Below are positions 40,013 to 50,904 of a stretch of DNA of 64,000 nt, one piece after another. This DNA comes from Bdellovibrionales bacterium (GTDB taxonomy: Bacteria > Bdellovibrionota > Bdellovibrionia > Bdellovibrionales > UBA1609), in contig CBDCMT010000001.1 of NCBI GenBank assembly GCA_965219095.1, forward strand, positions 448,001-512,000. The letters are read 5' to 3'. The notes under the pieces are model-generated. The model was given only the letters and a program-made list of their open reading frames with translations. It was not told the DNA's origin and ran no database searches. The position numbers and the translations under genes are program-made. How positions within the stretch are numbered: the first letter of the stretch is position 1; each line of letters begins with the position of its first letter.

Positions 40013-40764
40013 GGAAGATAAGTTCCTATAACTTGAAGTGGTTTTTGGCTTCCCTTTGGGCTCACCCATACAATTAAAGCCATTTTTTTAATTTTTTTCA
40101 AACGCTTTCTATGGGTTTTTTTTAAAAAATAAGTTCTAGGAGCTGTTTTTTGTAAAGTTTTTTTTTCAAAAGATAGGACTACAAAATCATTTTTGAGCTT
40201 TACTCCCTTGTTTTCTCCTTTAAGGGGGGTGTTTTTGAGTCCAAAACCTACATAAGCACTATAGAGTATGAACTGTTGTGTTTTAATGTTTAAAGAAGGC
40301 TTGAAAAGAGTTTCAAAGGAGAAGTTTTTGTAAGTTATAAGCTTTAAAACACCAACTTTTTTCTTGCTTTTTTTGGGTAAAGCCCTCAAACGCCACCAGA
40401 AGCGCTCCTCTCCATTGAACAAAATTTGTGGTGTAAAAAGACTTGATTTTTTTCTTTCACGGGCTATATGTTTTTGCCTTTTTGCGTAAAGAGGGGAACT
40501 AAAAGGATCTTTCCAGCCCAGATAATCCCAATAATCTACATGAAAAGCCACAGGAAAGTAGATTCTAAAAAGTTTAGGGTTTTTTTCTAACTGGGAAAGC
40601 CATGCTTCTGCAGAAGGACAAGAACTACAGCCCTGAGATGTATAAAGTTCAATGAGAGTGTTCTGTGTTTCAGGACTTTTGACAACTTCAGCTCCTAAGC
40701 CAGCAATTCCATTTTTAAAGAAAAAACATAAGAAGACTAAAATTTTTAGAATATTAGAATTCAT
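40009..40764 (-). CDS. DUF1223 thioredoxin-like exported protein
   Basis: ELYTSQGCSSCP and FHVDYWDYLGWKDPF. Confidence 0.88.
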   Translation of the reverse strand: MNSNILKILVFLCFFFKNGIAGLGAEVVKSPETQNTLIELYTSQGCSSCPSAEAWLSQLEKNPKLFRIYFPVAFHVDYWDYLGWKDPFSSPLYAKRQKHIARERKKSSLFTPQILFNGEERFWWRLRALPKKSKKKVGVLKLITYKNFSFETLFKPSLNIKTQQFILYSAYVGFGLKNTPLKGENKGVKLKNDFVVLSFEKKTLQKTAPRTYFLKKTHRKRLKKIKKMALIVWVSPKGSQKPLQVIGTYLP

Positions 40765-40814
40765 ACTTAAAGCTATTTTTCATCTTTTTTTGCATTTTAT
40801 TTTTATCTTCCTTT

Positions 40815-42125
40815 CTAACTTTTACCCCTCCCTTTGAGAGATTTTATATTAGTTATGAGGGTTTTCAAATCAGAAAGCTTATAGATAGTTTGTTTTTTTG
40901 AATACATCTCTTTTAGTGCTACTTCTTTTTGAGAAAACTCTCTTTCTCCTAAGATGAGAGTAAAGTGTGCTTTGTTTTTATGAGCCTTTTTTAGCTCTTC
41001 AAAGATGCTGTTTTCTTTTAAACTAAGGGCTACTTTTAGACCTTCTTTACGTAATTGATAAGCTATTTTTTGTATCAAATTATAGTTTTTTAAATCTATA
41101 CAAGCCATCCAAACGTCAACTCCTTGATCCAAAGAGGGAAGAAGTCTGTGGGATTCAAGAAAGTTCTGTAAAGTCACATCTCCTAGACCAAAGCCTATAC
41201 CTGATAGCTTTCTTGAGCTAAAAAGTTCTATAAGGTGATCGTAGCGCCCTCCTCCAAAAAGAGCTCTTAGATTATCTTTAGAATGATCAAAAGCTTCAAA
41301 CACAAGGCCTGTGTAATAGTCCATACCTCTGAAAACAGACGTATCTAACTGAAAGGCATAAGAAATCTCTAAGTTCTCTAAAGTTTTTATGATTCTTTGA
41401 AGTTGTTCTGCACCAGGACATTTGTAGGTTTTAAGCTTTTCAAAAGACAAAGAAAAAAAACTTTCTAGATCATCAATTTGAGTTTTTGAAAGATTGAAGA
41501 CCTCAAGACCTTCTTGATATTCTTCTTCTGTAAGTTTTTTCTTACGATCAAGAAACCTTGTTATGGAGGGGATTTGAGAGTTTGTAAGTTTGAGTTTTTT
41601 TGAAAAGAAAAAGTCTGTAAGATTTTTATGATTGATATGAATTGTGAAATGATCCTTTCCTCCAAAGGCGTTTAAAGATGCATGAGCCATCTGAAGAATT
41701 TCTATATCAGCTAGCAAAAAATCCCCCCCTAAAAGGTCAATGTTAAACTGCCAATGCTCTCTAAGACGCCCTCTCTGAGGTCGTTCGTAACGCCATAGGT
41801 TGGGAAAACTGAACCAGCGGATAGGAAGAGGAAGTGTGTGGAGTTTTTGAGCCACCATTCGGGCCATAGTAGGAGTCATTTCAGGTCTGATAGCTACTTT
41901 TCTTTTTTTACGATCCAAAAACCAATAAAGTTGATTTTTTACAATCTCTTCTCCTGTTTTTGCAGCATAGAGATCAAAAGATTCTAAAAGAGGTCCGTTG
42001 TATTCACTGTAGCCAAAATTTTGAGCTACTTGACGTAATTTTTCAAACATATACCGGTGCAAGACCATTTGTTCTGGATAAAAGTCCCTTGTGCCTTTAT
42101 AGGGTTTTGTAGAAAGAGAGTCCAT
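40815..42125 (-). CDS. hisS: Histidine--tRNA ligase
   Basis: KGTRDF, RPEMT, RYERPQRGRLREH, RGMDYYTG, GGGRYD. Confidence 0.97.
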   Translation of the reverse strand: MDSLSTKPYKGTRDFYPEQMVLHRYMFEKLRQVAQNFGYSEYNGPLLESFDLYAAKTGEEIVKNQLYWFLDRKKRKVAIRPEMTPTMARMVAQKLHTLPLPIRWFSFPNLWRYERPQRGRLREHWQFNIDLLGGDFLLADIEILQMAHASLNAFGGKDHFTIHINHKNLTDFFFSKKLKLTNSQIPSITRFLDRKKKLTEEEYQEGLEVFNLSKTQIDDLESFFSLSFEKLKTYKCPGAEQLQRIIKTLENLEISYAFQLDTSVFRGMDYYTGLVFEAFDHSKDNLRALFGGGRYDHLIELFSSRKLSGIGFGLGDVTLQNFLESHRLLPSLDQGVDVWMACIDLKNYNLIQKIAYQLRKEGLKVALSLKENSIFEELKKAHKNKAHFTLILGEREFSQKEVALKEMYSKKQTIYKLSDLKTLITNIKSLKGRGKS

Positions 42126-42221
42126 AATTAAAAAATTATAAGAAAATCATATATTTTGCAATTCTTTTGTAGGAATTTAAGCCTATTGCTGTTATTCTTT
42201 TACTTGTAAAAGGGAGGAAGT

Positions 42222-42884
42222 ATGAAAAGTTTTTTAATATGTTTAACTGCTTTGTTCATTTTAGGTGCTTGTACAAAAACGCCTAAAAAAGATGAAGAAA
42301 AAATAGCGTATTTTATGGGTTACAATTTGGGGGCTACCCTTAAAAAACAAGGCCTTGTGGAAGATGTTCATATGGCTTGTTCTGGTTTAAAGGATGGCTT
42401 TGAGGAGAAAAAGATGAGGACTAATAAAGAAGATGCCGTAATGTCTTTTCAAAACCTCATAAAGGAAAAAAGACAGAAAGATAAAGTTATGGAAGAAAAG
42501 AATAAAAAAAAGGGAGTTGATTTTTTAGCCCAAAATAAAACAAAAAAAGGAGTTAAGGTTACAAAATCAGGACTTCAGTACAAAGTGATCAAAGAGGGGA
42601 CAGGAAAAAAACCAACAGCCAAAAGTCAAATGTCTGTTCATTATAGAGGACGTTTAATTGATGGTAAAGAGTTTGACAGCTCTTATAAGAGGAACAAACC
42701 CAGCAAGTTTACTCTGAATAATGTAATTCCTGGTTGGACAGAAGGCTTTGCCCTTATGAAAGAAGGAGCTCATTATGAACTTTATATTCCTAGTGAACTT
42801 GCTTACGGAGAAAGAAATCTTCCTAACATTCCTGCTAACTCTGTTCTTATTTTTGAGGTTGAATTTTTGAAAATTTTGAAATAA
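42222..42884 (+). CDS. FKBP-type peptidyl-prolyl isomerase (FkpA/Mip-like lipoprotein)
   Basis: LGAC lipobox; SGLQYKV, VHYRG, FDSS, VIPGWTEG, LAYG. Confidence 0.93.
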   Translation: MKSFLICLTALFILGACTKTPKKDEEKIAYFMGYNLGATLKKQGLVEDVHMACSGLKDGFEEKKMRTNKEDAVMSFQNLIKEKRQKDKVMEEKNKKKGVDFLAQNKTKKGVKVTKSGLQYKVIKEGTGKKPTAKSQMSVHYRGRLIDGKEFDSSYKRNKPSKFTLNNVIPGWTEGFALMKEGAHYELYIPSELAYGERNLPNIPANSVLIFEVEFLKILK

Positions 42885-42905
42885 GTTTTGATATAAAAAA
42901 TCATT

Positions 42906-42932
42906 AAGACCCTCTCTTTTAAAGAGGGTCTT
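42906..42932 (+). terminator. Putative terminator after FKBP
   Basis: AAGACCCTCT...AGAGGGTCTT stem. Confidence 0.6.
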
Positions 42933-42936
42933 TGAA

Positions 42937-43695
42937 GTGCTAGGGATAAAACATATGTTTAAAAAAGGACAAACAACCTTTCCTATGACAATTTGTTTAA
43001 TTTTGTTCTTTGTAATGGTTTTACCTGCTAAGGGATTAAAAACAAGTTATTTTTCATTAGAAGGTCAGGCAGGGGATGGGCAAAAAGAAACTTATATTTT
43101 AGTTCCTTGTAAAGGAGACAATTTTCCTCAAAAGTATAGTTGTGACATTTCAAAAAGAAAAAAAGTTTCTCTTAATCAAAGAATAAAAATTCCCTTAGGC
43201 CTCTATTACCTTGTGTACGAAGGTACTCTTAAATTCATTGAAGTGAAACAAAAATCTATGGCTCTATTTCTTGAAACTCTTGAGTTTGAAACTTATGGAG
43301 AGGGCTTTAGTGTGATCGTTGATCTTTTAAGCCCAAGACAACAAAAAAAGTTACTTCTTTTTCTCTGGAGTCATAGTGAAAATCAGTTCCATGAGTGCCA
43401 AAGAAAAAAACATTTAACCCGTGATTCAAAAGATTATTGTTCCTATGTGTTATCTCAAAATTTTCAAGAACATTCTCAATTAGTTAAGTTTACAGAAGAG
43501 GGTCATTGGTGGCTTTTGAGTCTAGATTCTCAAGCGAAAAAAAAGTGGCACTTTTTAGGAAGCCCTCTTGTGAGCCTTGGCAGTAATCGTTATGGGAAAA
43601 CCTTTCTCTCAGTGGTACCGGGAGGTTTTTCCTATAAGGTTATTTTAAAAAAAGAAGGGGCCAATATTTTTTACAAAAAGAGATCAATAAGGTAA
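42937..43695 (+). CDS. Hypothetical exported protein
   Basis: 252-aa ORF with a hydrophobic signal-like segment; no recognised motif. Confidence 0.6.
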   Translation: MLGIKHMFKKGQTTFPMTICLILFFVMVLPAKGLKTSYFSLEGQAGDGQKETYILVPCKGDNFPQKYSCDISKRKKVSLNQRIKIPLGLYYLVYEGTLKFIEVKQKSMALFLETLEFETYGEGFSVIVDLLSPRQQKKLLLFLWSHSENQFHECQRKKHLTRDSKDYCSYVLSQNFQEHSQLVKFTEEGHWWLLSLDSQAKKKWHFLGSPLVSLGSNRYGKTFLSVVPGGFSYKVILKKEGANIFYKKRSIR

Positions 43696-43769
43696 AAATC
43701 TCTAGAAATAATACATTGTGGGGATTTTGTTTAACATAATAACCCGTAACTGTTCAGAAAAATTCTAGT

Positions 43770-44425
43770 TAGTCGAACGTGAAAAATTGACAAAAGCCTA
43801 GGATTTTTATGCTATATGATCTTTATCCCTGTTACTTTCTACTATAGAGGGTTAAATATTTTTTCATAACTTAAACAAAACAGTAGTTTTCAAGAAGGCG
43901 TACAGGCCTTTTAAGCCATTTCAGTGAAAAAAACGAAAAAAGACGCAACCTCTAGCATTAACTTTCTAAAATTTTGAGAAGCTCCTGATAAAAGACAATT
44001 AATAGCATCCCCTTGTGATCCTAATAAAAAGTTCCTTCCCATACGAGAATCTATTTTCATATGACCAATGATTGCCTCAACTGAACTTCTTCTTCTGTGA
44101 AGTTTTCTTTTGTAGGGACTTAATGTTTTACTCATTCCCCCAATATGAACATTAACTCCCGAAGGATGATGCTCTTTGCCACGATAACCTTTATCTACAT
44201 ACAAATTTTTTGCCTTAACCTTTGTTAAGGATTCAACTTGAGATAAGGCTGGCTTTAAACTGTGAACATCTGATACATTTTTTTCAAATGACTTTACCCC
44301 TAAAACCCAGCAATTTTTTGATGAAGTTGCCACACTCACCTTATTGCCAAATTCATATTTTTTATGGGCTTTGCCCTTCCCTATACAATAAACCTCAGGA
44401 GCATGAACACTATACACCTTGTTCT
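43770..44425 (-). pseudogene. IS5-family element, 3' part (transposase to 43911); orphan IS66 end at 43746
   Basis: KVYSVHAPEV, GKAHKKYEFG, VDKGYRG, RRSSVEAIIGHMK; truncated by a MITE. Confidence 0.85.
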
Positions 44426-44518
44426 TATACCAATTACAGAAATTAATTCGACGGTAAATCAAAAAGCCAGGAGGCTATGCGTTAAAAGAATATCGAATTA
44501 ATTTTTGGAAATGGTATA
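44426..44518. mobile_element. 93-bp IS630-C-derived MITE
   Basis: Both IS630-C IRs with TA outside and no ORF. Confidence 0.88.
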
Positions 44519-44754
44519 AGATAGGGTTTTGCCACCCATACCTAATTCACCTCAGATGAAAATGAGCCTGTAAATTAAATTGTGTAACTGAAGATAATAC
44601 ACTGCAATAGGAATATTGCAATAGGAGTACTGCATTAAGCTGTAGTATTTTTAAAATAAATTGAAGGTTAAATTGTAATAGATTATTTGTTCTTCTAGCT
44701 CAAAAAGATGGAAAAATCTTGAAATGGAATGATTAGTCATTTATTGTACAAATT

Positions 44755-45534
44755 ATGCCAGTTTCTAATGAATCTTGGAAAAAAATTTTCAAAGATCACG
44801 AAATATCAAACTATGATTTTAATAAAAGTCCATTCAAATTTTCGGCCGCTCAGATTAAGAAGTCCTGTCAGGATTTCAAAAAAACAGCAGAAAAGGAACC
44901 TCGCCTATTGTGCAAGCAAGATACGAGAGAAGATCGTCCTGATATTTTTAACAACAATCATAATTTATTTCTGCTCCCAGTAAAAAATGGCCTTTATAAT
45001 ATTATAAAGGGCGAGGGCTACGTTGATATACCTTCCATACAAGGAGATCCTGTTTCGTATGAGTCAACACTTGATTTTCCATTAGACACTTCAAAAATTG
45101 GCAACTCTGAGATGCAGCATTTAGACTACGCCTATGCCACCGGTCTCATAAAGCACTTTGTTGAAAATGAAACTTTAGTCTTAACTGTCAGAGGAAGAAA
45201 ATTCATTCCAAAATTTTCTTTTAACGTTGGAAAACATGAAATCAATGTTTCCAGTGTCCAAACAGAAGTAGATGCAGGATATGAGGGAAAAGATAAATTA
45301 GTTCTTATTGAATCTAAAAATACTAATGCAACTAACACAATAATCAGGCAACTTTTTTATCCCTTTCGTAAATGGAGTCAACATACTCAGAAAAAGATAA
45401 TAACTTTATTCTTTCATAGAAGTAAAGACGATATTTATTCTGTATGGCAGTTTGTATTTAAAGATCCTCAAGATTATAACAGCATAGAGCTTAAAAAGAA
45501 GCGAAAATTCAAAATAATTGACCATGGAAATTAA
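44755..45534 (+). CDS. Putative type II restriction endonuclease (DUF6997-like PD-(D/E)xK)
   Basis: EPRLLCKQD, QTEVDAGYEG...LIESKN, IRQLFYPFR; overlaps the methylase start. Confidence 0.7.
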   Translation: MPVSNESWKKIFKDHEISNYDFNKSPFKFSAAQIKKSCQDFKKTAEKEPRLLCKQDTREDRPDIFNNNHNLFLLPVKNGLYNIIKGEGYVDIPSIQGDPVSYESTLDFPLDTSKIGNSEMQHLDYAYATGLIKHFVENETLVLTVRGRKFIPKFSFNVGKHEINVSSVQTEVDAGYEGKDKLVLIESKNTNATNTIIRQLFYPFRKWSQHTQKKIITLFFHRSKDDIYSVWQFVFKDPQDYNSIELKKKRKFKIIDHGN

Positions 45535-46489
45535 ACAGACTTTATTTGAATTAAAAGGCATTTCTCAAAAAGAATATTGGAGGTATAACGCTTCTCCTAT
45601 CTTAAAATGGGCTGGTGGAAAATCACAGCTTTTGCCTGTTATAAGAAAGAATTATCCATTTGAATTAAAAAATAATAAAATAAAAATCTTTATTGAGCCT
45701 TTTGTAGGAGGGGGGGCTGTTTATTTTGATATTATAAATAAGTTTAATATAGATTCAGCTTACTTATTTGATACCAATTACGAATTAGTCATTGTTTATA
45801 ATTCAGTAAAAATGTCACCTAAAAGAGTTATCAGAGAACTAAGAGAGTTGGAAACAGCTTATCTTTCTCAAAATGAGAACATACAGAAAAAAATGTATTA
45901 TAAAGTTAGAGAAGATTATAATAAGTCTTTAAAGAAAGTCATAGCTAAACTCAAGAACAGTTCCAATATGCCAAAAAGGGCAGCTCAGACTTTGTTTTTA
46001 AATAGAACCTGTTTTAATGGCCTTTTTAGAGTCAACTCAAAAGGTTTTTTTAATGTTCCTCATGGGAGTTATAAAAACCCTAAAATTCTTCATGAAACAA
46101 ATATTATGAATGCCTCAAGAGCCTTACAGAAAGCAGATATTTTACATGGAGATTTTTCTCAAGCCTCTAAATACATAACTAAAAACACATTTGTTTATTA
46201 TGACCCGCCATATAGACCAGTAAGCAAAACCTCTAGTTTTAACTCATATTCAAAAGAATCTTTTGATGATAACGAGCAAATCAGGCTTTCCAATTTTTTT
46301 AAAAAAATGGATAAAAAAAATATTAAACAAATGTTAAGCAATTCAGACCCTAAAAATTATATTGAGGACATATTTTTTGACGACTTATATTGTGGTTATC
46401 AAATTAGAAGAGTTCATGCTAAAAGATATATTAATTCTGATCCGAGTAAACGGGGGAACCTCACTGAGTTGTTGATAAAAAATTATTAA
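45518..46489 (+). CDS. Dam/D12-class DNA adenine methyltransferase
   Basis: LKWAGGK, EPFVGGG, LNRTCFNGLFRVN, YDPPY. Confidence 0.93.
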   Translation: MTMEIKQTLFELKGISQKEYWRYNASPILKWAGGKSQLLPVIRKNYPFELKNNKIKIFIEPFVGGGAVYFDIINKFNIDSAYLFDTNYELVIVYNSVKMSPKRVIRELRELETAYLSQNENIQKKMYYKVREDYNKSLKKVIAKLKNSSNMPKRAAQTLFLNRTCFNGLFRVNSKGFFNVPHGSYKNPKILHETNIMNASRALQKADILHGDFSQASKYITKNTFVYYDPPYRPVSKTSSFNSYSKESFDDNEQIRLSNFFKKMDKKNIKQMLSNSDPKNYIEDIFFDDLYCGYQIRRVHAKRYINSDPSKRGNLTELLIKNY

Positions 46490-46493
46490 AAAA

Positions 46494-46536
46494 GGCTCCT
46501 CCCGGGAATCTGTGGGTAAAAGGAAAAGAAAGCGGG
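46494..46536. mobile_element. Orphan ISL3-type end
   Basis: GGCTCCTCCCGGGAATCTGTGGG matches the 7836 IR; its extension matches 9727. Confidence 0.75.
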
Positions 46537-46600
46537 AAATATCTTTAAAACTTCTGCACAAGCTCAAAAAGCGACACAGTTTATCTTAGATAACATCAAA

Positions 46601-46631
46601 AGAACTAGGCTTTCAGCCTAGTTCTTTTTTT
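46601..46631 (+). terminator. Rho-independent terminator
   Basis: AGAACTAGGC-TTTCA-GCCTAGTTCT followed by a T-tract. Confidence 0.75.
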
Positions 46632-46715
46632 ACTTTTTCCTTTTTTTCTCTTCTTTTTGTTTAAACTATGATATTCCTCTACGACACCTTTTTTTATCAT
46701 CATACGAAATAAAGT

Positions 46716-48077
46716 GAGATTGTCCGTAAAGTCGTTAGGGTTTGAAGAAGGGGCTCCCCTGAGCTAAACTCAGGGTATTATAAACAAACCAAAAAGGAGC
46801 CCCAAATGAAAGATACACAATATCAATCCCAGTTACAAATGGTAAAAAATAAACATGAGAAGATTCGCCAGCTTATTGCTATGCAGCTTGAAGGAGCAGC
46901 GCTGAAATTAGTCCATGATCTTTTCCAAGAGGAAGTAAAAAGACTCTGCGGAAAGCCCTTTTCCCACAAAAAGTCAGAGGGTCTCTGTCACAGAGGAGGA
47001 AGTGGGAAAGGATCTGTTATTCTTCAAGGACAGAGGATAAGAGTTCAACGTCCTCGTCTTAGAAAAAACAAAGAGGAAGTTCCTCTGGAGAGTTATACAG
47101 TTCTCCAGAGCTTTGATCTTCTCTGTGAAGATGTAATGAGGGCTATGCTTTTAGGAGTCAGCACCAGAAACTATGAGCCTTTACAAAGGAAGTTCAGACG
47201 GCTTAGGTTTAAAAAAATCCTCTGTCAGTAAAGCTTTCAAGATGAGTTGTCAAAAGTCTTTGGAAGCCATTCAGTCTCGGAATCTTTCACAAGAAAGTTT
47301 CGTGGCTTTAATGATTGACGGCATTGAATTTTCAAAAAGAACAGTGATTTGCGTTCTTGGAATTACAAGTGAAGGAAAAAAGATGATTTTAGGTCTCAGA
47401 GAAGGCTCTACAGAGAACGCTGTCATCGTGACAGACCTCTTGCAAAATCTTATAGAACGTGGTCTTCCACAAGATAGCAAAAAACTGTTTGTGACTGACG
47501 GAAGCAAAGCTCTTCGCAAATCCATCAATGATGTTTTTGGACAGAACTCTTTGGTTCAAAGATGCATTCATCATAAGGAGAGGAATATCCTCTCCTATCT
47601 TCCCAAAGAAAAGCACTTAGAGTTTAAAAGACGTTGGAAAAAACTTCATGGATTGGAAGATTATGAAAGTGCTAAAAAAGAACATGATAGTCTTCTGAAG
47701 TGGCTTAAAAAAATAAGCTCTGAAGCTTCAGAAAGTCTTAAAGAAGCCCATTTAGAAACATTGACAGTCCTTCGTTTAAAAACTCCTCCTCTTTTACGAA
47801 AGACTTTAAGCTCTACGAACCCAATAGAAAGTGCCTTCTCTATCGTTCGTCAACAAACAGGAAGAGTGAAGAATTGGAAAAAAATCCTCGACAAATCTCC
47901 TTATGGGTCGCAGCTTCCTTGTTACATGTCGAGAAAAAATTTCGCACTATCAGGGGACATAAACAAATCCCTCTATTTATAGAAGAAATAAATAAAATAA
48001 CCCTTGAAAAACAAATGGAGATAGCTTAATTATGAAAAAGTCCCTTCTGAAACCCTAACGGGATTACGGACATCCTC
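46716..48077 (+). mobile_element. IS256-family element, transposase frameshifted (46806 to about 48029)
   Basis: IRs GAGATTGTCCGTAA and TTACGGACATCCTC; GVSTR, MIDG, VTDG, QRCIHHK, STNPIES. Confidence 0.88.
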
Positions 48078-48423
48078 AAATAATGGCTAAATGTTTTTCA
48101 TCATAAATTTCTTTTAGCTTTTCAACAAGTATATCAATAACTGGTGGTTCTTTTATTCCTTTAAATAGAGCCTTTGGGCTTTTTAAAATCTTTTGTGCTT
48201 TAAGATCGTTAATACCTATAGTGTAGAATAAAATTCTCACCCATGTAACTATTTGCCCTTTACCGTTTTTCTTCATGTAGGTCAGCGTACTTTTTCTCTT
48301 ACTTACAGTGTTAGCTAATTTTACTAATTTCCCATGATTGTTAGCGTGAAAAGTCAAAATCTCTTTCAAAAAATTAGAGACAAGCTTATTCCATTCTTTA
48401 TCTGATAAGGAGTTTTTTCTCAT
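48076..48423 (-). pseudogene. Hypothetical protein truncated by IS256
   Basis: ORF with an RBS whose stop falls in the IS256 end. Confidence 0.5.
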
Positions 48424-48442
48424 AAAATTTCCTTTTATATTT

Positions 48443-49861
48443 TAACACCATTTCCAAAAATTAATTCGACATTTTTTTAACTCATTGCGTCCTGGCTTTT
48501 TGATAAAACTCTGTTAAATTTTTAGAGTCATGTCGAAAAAAGATTTAGTTACACAGATTCAAGGGTATGATTTTCTGGCTACTTACAAAGTGGAAAGAAA
48601 TCCCAATATCAAGATAAAACTCCAAGCTTTGCAGCATATGCAAGACGGAAAATCGATTCAAGAAACAGCAGGTATAGTTTTCTATCATCGTCACAGTATC
48701 AAATCCTGGTTACAGTCTTTTTTTGTAGACTTTGATTACGAGGGATTGATAGATCGAGAAGGCAGAGGACGCAAGCCTCGTTTGCCAGTGACAGAAGAGG
48801 AGAACTTCAAAATCAAGTTAGATGAAATTCAAGACAAAAGAGAGGGAGGAAGCATAGGAGCAAAGGGAATACAGAAACTTTTAGCAGATGAATTTAACTG
48901 TTGCTATTCTCTTTCTGGGGTTTATGTTTCTTTAGACCGCCTTAATATTGTATGGATCAGTGGTCGTTCTCTTCATCCTAAAAGTTCATTAAGAAGCTAT
49001 GGAACAGTTTAAGGAACATTTTCCAGAAGAGGTGGAGAAAATAAAAGAAAAGATTCAGACTCATAAAATAGAGATTTGGTGGCAGGATGAATGCAGAATA
49101 AGCTCAGCAAGGTTCTTTGAGCAGGATTTGGGCAAGAAAAGGCACACGGCCTAGAGTGGTGAGACAAAGACAATTTTTATCCACTTATATTTTTGGAGCA
49201 GTTTGTCCGGATAGAGATAAAGGCTGTGCTTGGATTTTACCGGAATGTAATTCAGGGATGATGCAAATTCACTTAGATGAGATATCTAAAAATATTCAAG
49301 AAAACTATCATGGAATTGTTTTAATGGACAGAGCCAGTTGGCATACCACAGAGACTTTGATAGTTCCTAAGAATTTATCCCTGATGCCTTTACCTCCTTA
49401 TAGTCCAGAATTAAATCCCATGGAACAAGTCTGGCAACAATTACGAAGGATCAAATTATCGAATGCATGTTTTAAAAACTATGACCATATAGTGAATACT
49501 TGTTGTGAGGCCTGGAATACTTTTTGCGATCAGGAGGGCAGGATTAAAAAATTATGCACTCGATCTTGGGGAAAACAACAAGATGAATCAAGCTTGTAAA
49601 TTAATTTGAACCTATAAATTAAATTGTGTAACTGATTTTTGTCATTTTAAATTTTAACCTCACTTTTTTACACTTATTTTAACCCATCAATCGATTCACA
49701 CAACAAATAGATATACCTGAAATAAACTTATCTTATGAAAACTTAACCTCCCCTCAAAAGAAGTTTTTTTAAAACCTCCTAACTGAAACTTTTCCTTAAG
49801 TCAATTTTAAAATTTTAAATTTGAACATGAAAATGTCGAATTAATTTCTGTAATTGGTATA
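48443..49861 (+). mobile_element. IS630 species C, frameshifted copy with a long 3' region
   Basis: Same IRs and transposase as 21057-22466 and 60530; fragments 48530-49012 and 49117-49599. Confidence 0.9.
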
Positions 49862-49910
49862 ACCTCCCCTCTTTTTTTGCCCAAGGTATCATATGATACC
49901 TTGGGTTTTT

Positions 49911-50858
49911 TTAAGTTTTCTTTACAGAAGTCTGAAATTTAAAAATCCAATAAACAAGAGGTGTAGCAATATAAATAGAAGAAAAAGTTCCCACAATTAC
50001 TCCCACAATCAAAGTAAAAGCTACGTCCCTAATCACACCGTCAGCAAGGAGAAACATGGTTATAACAGCAATAAGAGTTGTAATCGATGTAAGCAGTGAG
50101 CGGGATAAAACTTGATTTAAAGACAAGTTCATAACCTTTTTAAGACCCCAATTAGTTTGTACCTCTAAATTCTCTCTTATCCTATCGAAAGTTACAATCG
50201 TATCATTGAGAGAGTAACCAATAATAGTTAGAATGGCAGCCAAGGTTTGAAGATTGATCTCTTGATTTAATAAAACCAAAACTCCTAAAGTGATTAAGGT
50301 ATCATGAATCAAGCACATAACTGAACTAACAGCATAATTAAAATCAAACCTTAAGCCAATATAAATCAAGATGATCAAAAAAGCGTAAAAAACAGCTAAC
50401 AAACCGTTTTTTTTCAACTTCTCCCCTATTTGAGGCCCTACTGTATCCACACGTCCTAGGGTTAAACCTTCATAGTTAGAAGAAAGGCCTTTGACCATAG
50501 AACTCACCATAGCTTGGAGTTCTAAATTCAATTTTCTCTGATCTTTTTTTTCTTTAAGATTTCCTAAACCTGTAAGACGAATTAAAAATTCTTTTCCATC
50601 CTCTCCTATTTTTTGAATCACAGGTTGAGCTTTCATATACTTTAAAATTTCTTTTTTTAGATCGCTAGATTTTTGAGTACTTCGAAATTGAATTTGAACC
50701 TCTGTACCCCCTACGAAATCAATGCCATAGGAAAGGCCTCTCTGAGCTATTAGATAAATGGCTATTAACATGAAAATTGAGGATAAAAGGCTTACATAAC
50801 GACCTGTTGTTAAGAAATCAAAATATCTATCTTGTTGTCGGACTCTCTTTTCTTTCAT
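49911..50858 (-). CDS. secF: Protein translocase subunit SecF
   Basis: GIDFVGG, VGPQIG, GYSLNDTIVTFDRIRE. Confidence 0.96.
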   Translation of the reverse strand: MKEKRVRQQDRYFDFLTTGRYVSLLSSIFMLIAIYLIAQRGLSYGIDFVGGTEVQIQFRSTQKSSDLKKEILKYMKAQPVIQKIGEDGKEFLIRLTGLGNLKEKKDQRKLNLELQAMVSSMVKGLSSNYEGLTLGRVDTVGPQIGEKLKKNGLLAVFYAFLIILIYIGLRFDFNYAVSSVMCLIHDTLITLGVLVLLNQEINLQTLAAILTIIGYSLNDTIVTFDRIRENLEVQTNWGLKKVMNLSLNQVLSRSLLTSITTLIAVITMFLLADGVIRDVAFTLIVGVIVGTFSSIYIATPLVYWIFKFQTSVKKT

Positions 50859-50904
50859 CTTCTATCTCTCAATTTAATTTCTTCCAAGCTTTTCTCTTAT
50901 TTCT

